From Octopus vulgaris (Eukaryota): DNA of 64,000 nt. This document shows positions 56,508 to 64,000 of the stretch, piece by piece. Below the pieces are notes generated by a model. It saw only the letters and a list, made by a program, of their open reading frames with translations, ran no database searches and had not been told where the DNA came from. The stretch lies in contig OX597831.1 in assembly GCA_951406725.2 (NCBI GenBank), positions 4,712,001 to 4,776,000 on the forward strand. The letters run 5' to 3'. Every line of letters starts with the position of its first letter. The stretch's first letter is position 1. The position numbers and the translations under genes were made by a program.

Positions 56508-56789
56508 ATGTGTAACAATGAAGCTCGTGCGAAACAAATTGGAAAACCACCACCACCACCACCAAGAACAACAACAAACAGTGCAACACCCTCAGCAAGA
56601 GCAACTACAAAACTAACCAGACGATTGCTCACGTGTCAGAATGAAATGTTGAAAACAAAGACTGGGACGAGGAACCTCTTCAGCTTTCAGATGTGACACA
56701 GCAATGTTACACACACGTACACACGTACACACATACATATATATACATACAAACACACACACACACACACACACTAATAGACGTACACA

Positions 56790-57092
<303 letters not shown>

Positions 57093-58920
57093 GTTTTGGC
57101 GGCGAGGTTGGCCCTCGACCAACGCTTCAACGCCAAACACGAAGGATGTGCTGTCAGAGCTAGGATGCGTGCTCTAAGGAACGAAGGTGTTGGAGCCGCG
57201 AGAGAGGCCCGGGTGGCAGAGGCGCAACAGGGCAACAAAGCCACCATTCGGTCCCTGGTAGATGAACAGGGGCGCGAATTGCTCGAGCCAAGTAAAATGT
57301 GTGAGGCCTTTCAACAGCATTTTGCCCGAATGTTCGGGACGAGTGCCGGGCAAGAACGTAGGGTGGACTTCAGTGCCTACCTACACAGCCTACCACGACT
57401 CTCGACAAGAGAGTCAGGGTGCTGCGAAGGTGCCATCACAGCGGCGGAAGTGCAGGACGCGATGGCAGAATGCTCGAGGGACAAATCACCGTGTTTGGGT
57501 GGTCTACCCTACGAGCTTTACAATTGTATGCCAGACTTGTTTGGAGATCTCTTGGCGGCGGTGTACTGCAACTGGCAGCAAAACGGAAGCATTTCTGGTT
57601 TTGTGAGCCGAGGAGCCGTAACACTGCTGAAGAAAAATCTAAACAAGGGAAATGTAATAGATAACTTTAGGCCCATCACTCTGCTTAATGCAGACTTGAA
57701 AATTTTGGCCAAGGTGCTAGCCAAGAGGTTGGCACTTGTCATCGAGAAACTGGTCGACAGGGCGCAAACATGCGCCGTGCCGGGCCGGACCATCCATGAC
57801 AACCTCCACCTGATGCGCTACATCATAGACAGGGTAGTTAACGAACCTAGCATGGGTGGGGCGCTGATCAATTTGAATCAATCGAAAGCTTTCGATAGGG
57901 TGGACCATCGATACTTGGAAGCAGTCCTCAGAGCGGCTGGCTTCGGTCCCGTCTTCCACGGCTGGATAGCCGCTTGCTTTGTACAGAGGAATCCGTTCAG
58001 TAATTCGCATAAATGGACATCTATCGAGACCCTTCGACATCGCACGTTCGGTCCGTCAGGGATTCCCCCTCTCATCGCTTCTATACGTATTGACTCTTGA
58101 GCCATTATTGCGGAAGCTGGCAACTTTGAGGGGCATCCCGCGAGAACTGGGATACGGGACGAGCGTGTCTGCATACGCGGACGACGTCACCGTCATAGTG
58201 TCTAGCCACGAGCACATCGAGCAGGTCGACGAGACACTGAAAGACTACGAAGCGGTGACAGGAGCGAAAATCAACCGGGAAAAGTCAGTGGGCTTGCGAC
58301 TAGGCACCTGGAGAAGCAAGCCCATGCCGTCCACCAGCACCTCCGTCGTGGGACGCTGGACCGACGGCCTGGTTGAGTTGCTCGGGGTCTGGTTTGGTCC
58401 GGACCTCCAAGTGGAGAAGAACTGGAACGAGATAACGAGTAGGGTGGTCACTCTCGCCCGGCAGTGGGCCGAGAGGAAACTGTCCCTAAAAGGTCGGGCG
58501 GAGGTAGCGAACACGTACATCGCGTCCGTCATCTACTACCGCTTGACCGTCGTGCCTTGTCCCGACCCTACCATCACCAAACTAGAACGCATTCTCTTTC
58601 GCTTCTTGTGGAAAGGATGCGTCCCGATGGTCAGGCGATCCATTTGCTGTCAACACCCGTTAAAAGTAGGACTGGGCATGCCGTGGTTGATGATGCGCAG
58701 ACACGCGCTGAGACTGCGACATCTCAGGCTCTTCGTAGGCGACGGTGAACAGGTGTGGTCGCCGTTTGTGAGCTGCTTTCCCGCAGCTCGTCTCCATGAC
58801 CGAACTGCAGTCGTGGATCAAAAAGAAGCCGAAGAAGGGCGAATGGCACCGCGAGTGTCGCGTTGCTCTCAAGCAGCTCTGCCGTCCTGGGTCGACCTTG
58901 AGTGACTTCATCACAACCAA
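57093..58920 (+). pseudogene. L1/Tx1-type LINE ORF2 fragment containing the reverse transcriptase domain, two frameshifts (about 57975 and 58775), truncated at both ends
   Basis: Motifs NFRPITLLNADLKILAKVLAKRL, KAFDRVDH, SVRQGFPLSSLLY, AYADDV, LLGV, W..RKLSLKGR, FLWKG. Confidence 0.93.
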
Positions 58921-59333
58921 AGCGTGCCTCACAAACGGCGACCACACCTGTTTGTGTTCTCTTTATTCACACACACACACACGTACACACACAGAATGTC
59001 ACTTAAAGAGAGATTTTAAAAGTATACATATGCAATATTATAAAAGAAAGATTCTTAAAACCGGTTCTGGCTAAAAGTTTTTCTTTAATGTGAAACTAAA
59101 AACTAACATAAGTTTTAAAACTTTAACTAGAAGAAGAAGAGGAAGGAGGAGGAGAAGAATAGGAGGAGGCGACATTAAGAAGCCCAGGTAAGAAATTGTG
59201 TAGAAAACACGCGAATAACATCTTCAACAGCAACAACTACAAGAAGAAGAACAATACTAATACTAATAATAACTACCATTATTATAATTAATGGTTTCGA
59301 AACAGCAGCTGCTTAAAATTTGAGGAAGTGAGG

Positions 59334-59368
<35 letters not shown>

Positions 59369-60074
59369 GATACTACCAGCACTTCCACTGCCCCCACCCC
59401 CGCACCCACCGCCGCCGCCGCCCCCACCGCAGCACATCACGAACACCCGAACCTCTATGTGGACTTCCGACCTGCTAGAAATAATAATCACCTCTCGTCG
59501 TTCATTTCTTAAAAAACAAACAAAAAGGAAAGAGAAGGAAGGACATAGTCTGAGATAAGCAATATAAAGTCGTGATGGTCATATCTACAGTGTCAGTCAG
59601 TCAGTCGTCGTGGGTATGCTCATTAATGGCTGACCTGCGGTTAAACAACAGCAACGACACCATCGGTTCAAGCTCTGGCGTCGCCACCGTCACCACCATC
59701 GCTATCAATATACGTATTAGACACACGAGCGCGCGTGCATTCTCGGGCACACAAAACACACACAAACACACAGAAACATAGACACATACTTATAAAGAAA
59801 AGTGATGACAGATGACAAGAGGAACATAGTGATAGAGTGAGAGAGAGAGGGGGAGAGAGAGAGAGAGAGAGAGGAAGAGCAACAGACTAAAAGGAAGAGA
59901 GAGAGAGGGAGAGGGAATTTATATTCAAAACTATCGCATATTGTAGTGAAATATATACACAAACACACACAAATATATATGTACTCATGTATATATTTAT
60001 ACATACTTACAAAATACGTACATACATACATACATGTATATCACGTGTTCACGTGACCAAACAGGCTATCATAT

Positions 60075-60270
60075 GCCAACAGAAGAAAGAGTGAAAGAAA
60101 GTTCTGGCGAAAGAGTACAGCAGAGTTCGCCACCACCCCCTGCCGGAGCCTTGTGGAGCTGTAGGTGTTTTCGCTCAATAAGCACTCACAACGCCCGGTC
60201 TGGGAATCGAAACCGCGATCCTACGACCGCGAGTCCACTGCCCTAACCACTAGGCCATTGCGCCTCCACA
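60075..60270 (-). mobile_element. SINE family C, 5' part
   Basis: Reverse complement of the tRNA-like head (GGGAATCGAAACCGCG...CCATTGCGCCTCCAC). Confidence 0.85.
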
Positions 60271-60335
60271 CATACGTGTGTGTGTGTGTGTGTGTGTGTA
60301 TATACACACATATATATATACGTATATATATATTC

Positions 60336-60367
<32 letters not shown>

Positions 60368-60381
60368 GGAGTGTTTGTCCA

Positions 60382-60463
<82 letters not shown>

Positions 60464-60484
60464 ATATACAGACTATATATACGT

Positions 60485-60556
60485 AACAAGGATATCCAGA
60501 GGTAATGCAGTACGATCGTGTTTCATGCGACTCCATTACCTCTGGATATCCTTGTT
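60485..60556. repeat. hairpin with 23 bp perfect arms
   Basis: AACAAGGATATCCAGAGGTAATG / CATTACCTCTGGATATCCTTGTT. Confidence 0.9.
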
Positions 60557-60685
60557 GCTTATTTTCATCATAATCACCTTGTTTTAAATTATATGGATAA
60601 TAACATACCAAATTCTGGTGTCTTCAACTTAACTACCATATTCCTTTGAATCTAAATTTTACTGAACTTATAAATATATATATAC

Positions 60686-60760
<75 letters not shown>

Positions 60761-60804
60761 CAGACATATATTTATATTATACACAAATGTAAATAAATGC
60801 ACAA

Positions 60805-61692
60805 GATAATATCAAAAGGTTCTTTGACTAGTGTTCTGTAGCGCACCAACACATGGCAGCATACGGCTGCATGCGCAGTGAGAGCTAGCAGTGAATTTCA
60901 AGAGGCAATGTGCCGACTGACATCACTATGTTTACATCGCAAGGTGTGAAACTTGTGTTTTTGTGATCACGTGTCTGCGATTTTGTCATGGACAAGAAGG
61001 TAGCACAAAGAGACAACATGAAATTTTGTGTTAAACTTGAGAAGTCTGTTACAGAGACATTGAGCATGCTTAGGCAAGATTACAATGACGAGGCAATGGG
61101 TCGTACGCAATGTTTTGAGTGACACGGGCGCTTCGAAAGCAGAAGAACATTTCTGGAAGACAATGAGCAACCTGGAAGACCAGCCACGAGCAAAACCCCC
61201 GGAAATATTGTATTATGTATCGGGAATTCGTCCCTTAGGGCCAGACCAACAATCGAGGGTTCTACTGCGACGTATTTGAGTATCTGAGGGAGGACATTCG
61301 ATGAGAGCGAATTTGTGGAGCTCAAAGAGTTGGATTCTTCATGACGATAGTGTACCCTGTTACTGAGCACTCCACACTCCTGAGTTCCTCAAGCAAAACA
61401 ACTTGGCATCCCTTCCACACCTACCTTATTCGCCATATTTAGCACCCGCAGACTTCTTCTTTGAAATGAAAATAAAATTCAAAGGTCGTAATTTCAAAGC
61501 CGTTATCGAGATTCACAGCTAATCGCAGATGGTCCCCGAATTGCTTACAGAAAACGACTTCCAGACCGGATTACAAAAGTGGCAGGAACACTGGGACCCG
61601 TGCATTGCTGTACAAAGTAACTATTTCGAAGAAGACGATATTAAAACATTTTATGAAGCATAATTAGTGTAGGAAACTCGTACATATCCCTA
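60805..61692 (+). pseudogene. decayed, internally deleted mariner transposon (transposase from ATG 60988)
   Basis: MDKKVAQRDNMKFCVKLEKSVTETLSML...FE*HGRF..GRP is the N-terminal HTH region. WILHDD and PYSPYLAPADF match the HDN and YSPDLAP.D motifs. Stops and frameshifts present. Confidence 0.88.
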
Positions 61693-61697
61693 TATAT

Positions 61698-61754
<57 letters not shown>

Positions 61755-62010
61755 GCGTAATAAATAAAATATATGCATACATACATACATATATGTACGT
61801 ACCTACATCTACATGTATATATACATGCATATATAAATATATATACGTAAGTACAGGACTCCACAAATAGACGTAGAACTCAACGAGAAACGAAAACGTA
61901 AAAACAAACGTGGAAACGGACCTAAACGAAAAAAACAGAGTACAAGACAAACTACACAAGGAAAAATCGCCTTCATCAGCTGTCCCTAGTTCAACTCCAG
62001 CGTGTTTCGA

Positions 62011-62043
<33 letters not shown>

Positions 62044-62231
62044 TTATATTCATATGTATTTATATTCATATTAAATTCAATTTTGATTTTAACATCTTTT
62101 CTCCATTTCTATACTGGTTTATGGTATTTTTATACTTATAACGAACTTTTTCAAATGTTATTTTCATATTCTAAATACTTGCTCTGTTTGATTCTTAAGA
62201 AAATGGTAAATTCTTTTGAACTTATTTTTCT

Positions 62232-62273
<42 letters not shown>

Positions 62274-62406
62274 ATAAATCTCTGAACGAGATGTAAACAG
62301 TAACTGCTCGACAGTAACACCCACCCTTAGTGGTTAGCCATATTGAGATGGCTAGTATACTTTACGTATATACATACATACATACATACATACATACATA
62401 CATACA

Positions 62407-62438
<32 letters not shown>

Positions 62439-62524
62439 CATACATATACATACATATATATACACGTATATATTTTTTTCTTTTTAAGTTTCAGCTCAGA
62501 GCTGCGGCCATATATCTTCATGTA

Positions 62525-62805
62525 TTACCACCACATGGTTCCGGGTTCAATGCAACTGCGTGATACCTTGAGGGAAGTGTTTTCTACTATAGCCTCGGGC
62601 CGACCAAAGCCTTGTGAGTGGATTTGGTTGACGGAAACTGAAAGAAGCCCGTCGCATATATTTATGTGTGTGTGTGTTCCCCCCTAACACCGCTTGACAA
62701 CCGATACTGAGCCATTTACATCCCCGTAACTTAGCGGTTCGGCAAAAGGGGCCAATAGAATATGTACTAGGGGTCGATTTGCTCGACTGAAGGCTGTATT
62801 CCAGC
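62525..62805 (+). mobile_element. SINE family A, partial
   Basis: Aligns with other family A copies. Confidence 0.85.
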
Positions 62806-62839
62806 ATAGATAGATAAATGTATTTATACACATGGTTAC

Positions 62840-63514
62840 CCACATCCATCCATCCATACATACATACATGCATACATACATATATAAATTCAAACATACA
62901 GACATACATACATATATACATACATACATACATATATATATATACATCCATCCATCCATCCATACATACAGACATACATACATATATACATACATACATA
63001 CATATATATATACATACAAGCATCCATCCATCCATACATACATATATACATCCATCCATCCATCCATACATACATACATACATACATACATACATACATG
63101 CATACATACAAACATCCATCCATCCATACATACATACATACATACATACATACATACATGCATGCATACATACAAACATACATCCATCCATCCATCCATA
63201 CATACATACATACATACATGCATACATACAAACATTCATCCATCCATCCATCCATCCATCCATACATACATACATACATACATACATACATACATACATA
63301 CATACATACATACATACATGCATGCATACATACAAACATACATCCATCCATCCATCCATCCATACATACATACATACATGCATACATACAAACATACATC
63401 CATCCATCCATACATACATACATACATACATACATCCATCCATCCATCCATCCATACATACATACATACATACATACATACATACATGCATACATACATA
63501 CATACATACATACA

Positions 63515-63545
<31 letters not shown>
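62840..63545. repeat. (CATA)n/(CATC)n compound microsatellite with higher-order periodicity
   Basis: CATGCATACATACAAACAT recurs several times within the tract. Confidence 0.9.
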
Positions 63546-63732
63546 GCATCTACGTAAGAACATAAAGATTTAGCACATCCTTCTCATAAACGATTTCACA
63601 GAATACCAGAAAAACAGATTTTACATGAATCAGGATTTCACGGAGCTCCAAATTCGTTAAATTTTCTGTCAAAATTTCTTCCGAAAAACCTCGGAAAAGA
63701 GATGAGCAGGCACAAGATGTGAAAAAATCTCT

Positions 63733-63807
<75 letters not shown>

Positions 63808-64000
63808 GCGTCCTAAGTAACAAGTTAATTGAAGCTTTCGGAAACGTTGGGAATAATTTTCACACACATACGCACACGCACACACACACACACACACACG
63901 CACACACACATACACACACATACACACACACGTATGCACGCGCACGCATACATATGACAACAGATTGATAATGCGTCAGTCTACTCCAGCGAGTTTTTAA

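Overview
AT-rich, non-coding eukaryotic DNA dominated by microsatellites ((TA)n, (CA)n, (ATGT)n, (GATA)n, (AAT)n, (ACC)n, (CCTT)n) and interspersed repeats. The repeat landscape resembles an octopus/coleoid cephalopod genome (inference). No host protein-coding gene can be supported, and nearly all ORFs in the track are translations of simple repeats. Supported content: at least three tRNA-derived SINE families in many copies; non-LTR retrotransposon fragments (a 1.8 kb L1/Tx1-type RT, 3' ends of RTE-type, R4/Dong-type and CR1/L2-type elements); a decayed mariner transposase; several MITEs and fold-backs; two microsatellite-embedded non-autonomous element families. The most notable signal is a set of minimal type-I hammerhead ribozyme (HHR) motifs of the kind known from Penelope-like elements. 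One sits exactly at the boundary of a 4-copy 242-246 bp tandem array whose units begin at its predicted cleavage site. All alignments and folds were done by eye, and SINE/LINE boundaries are approximate.
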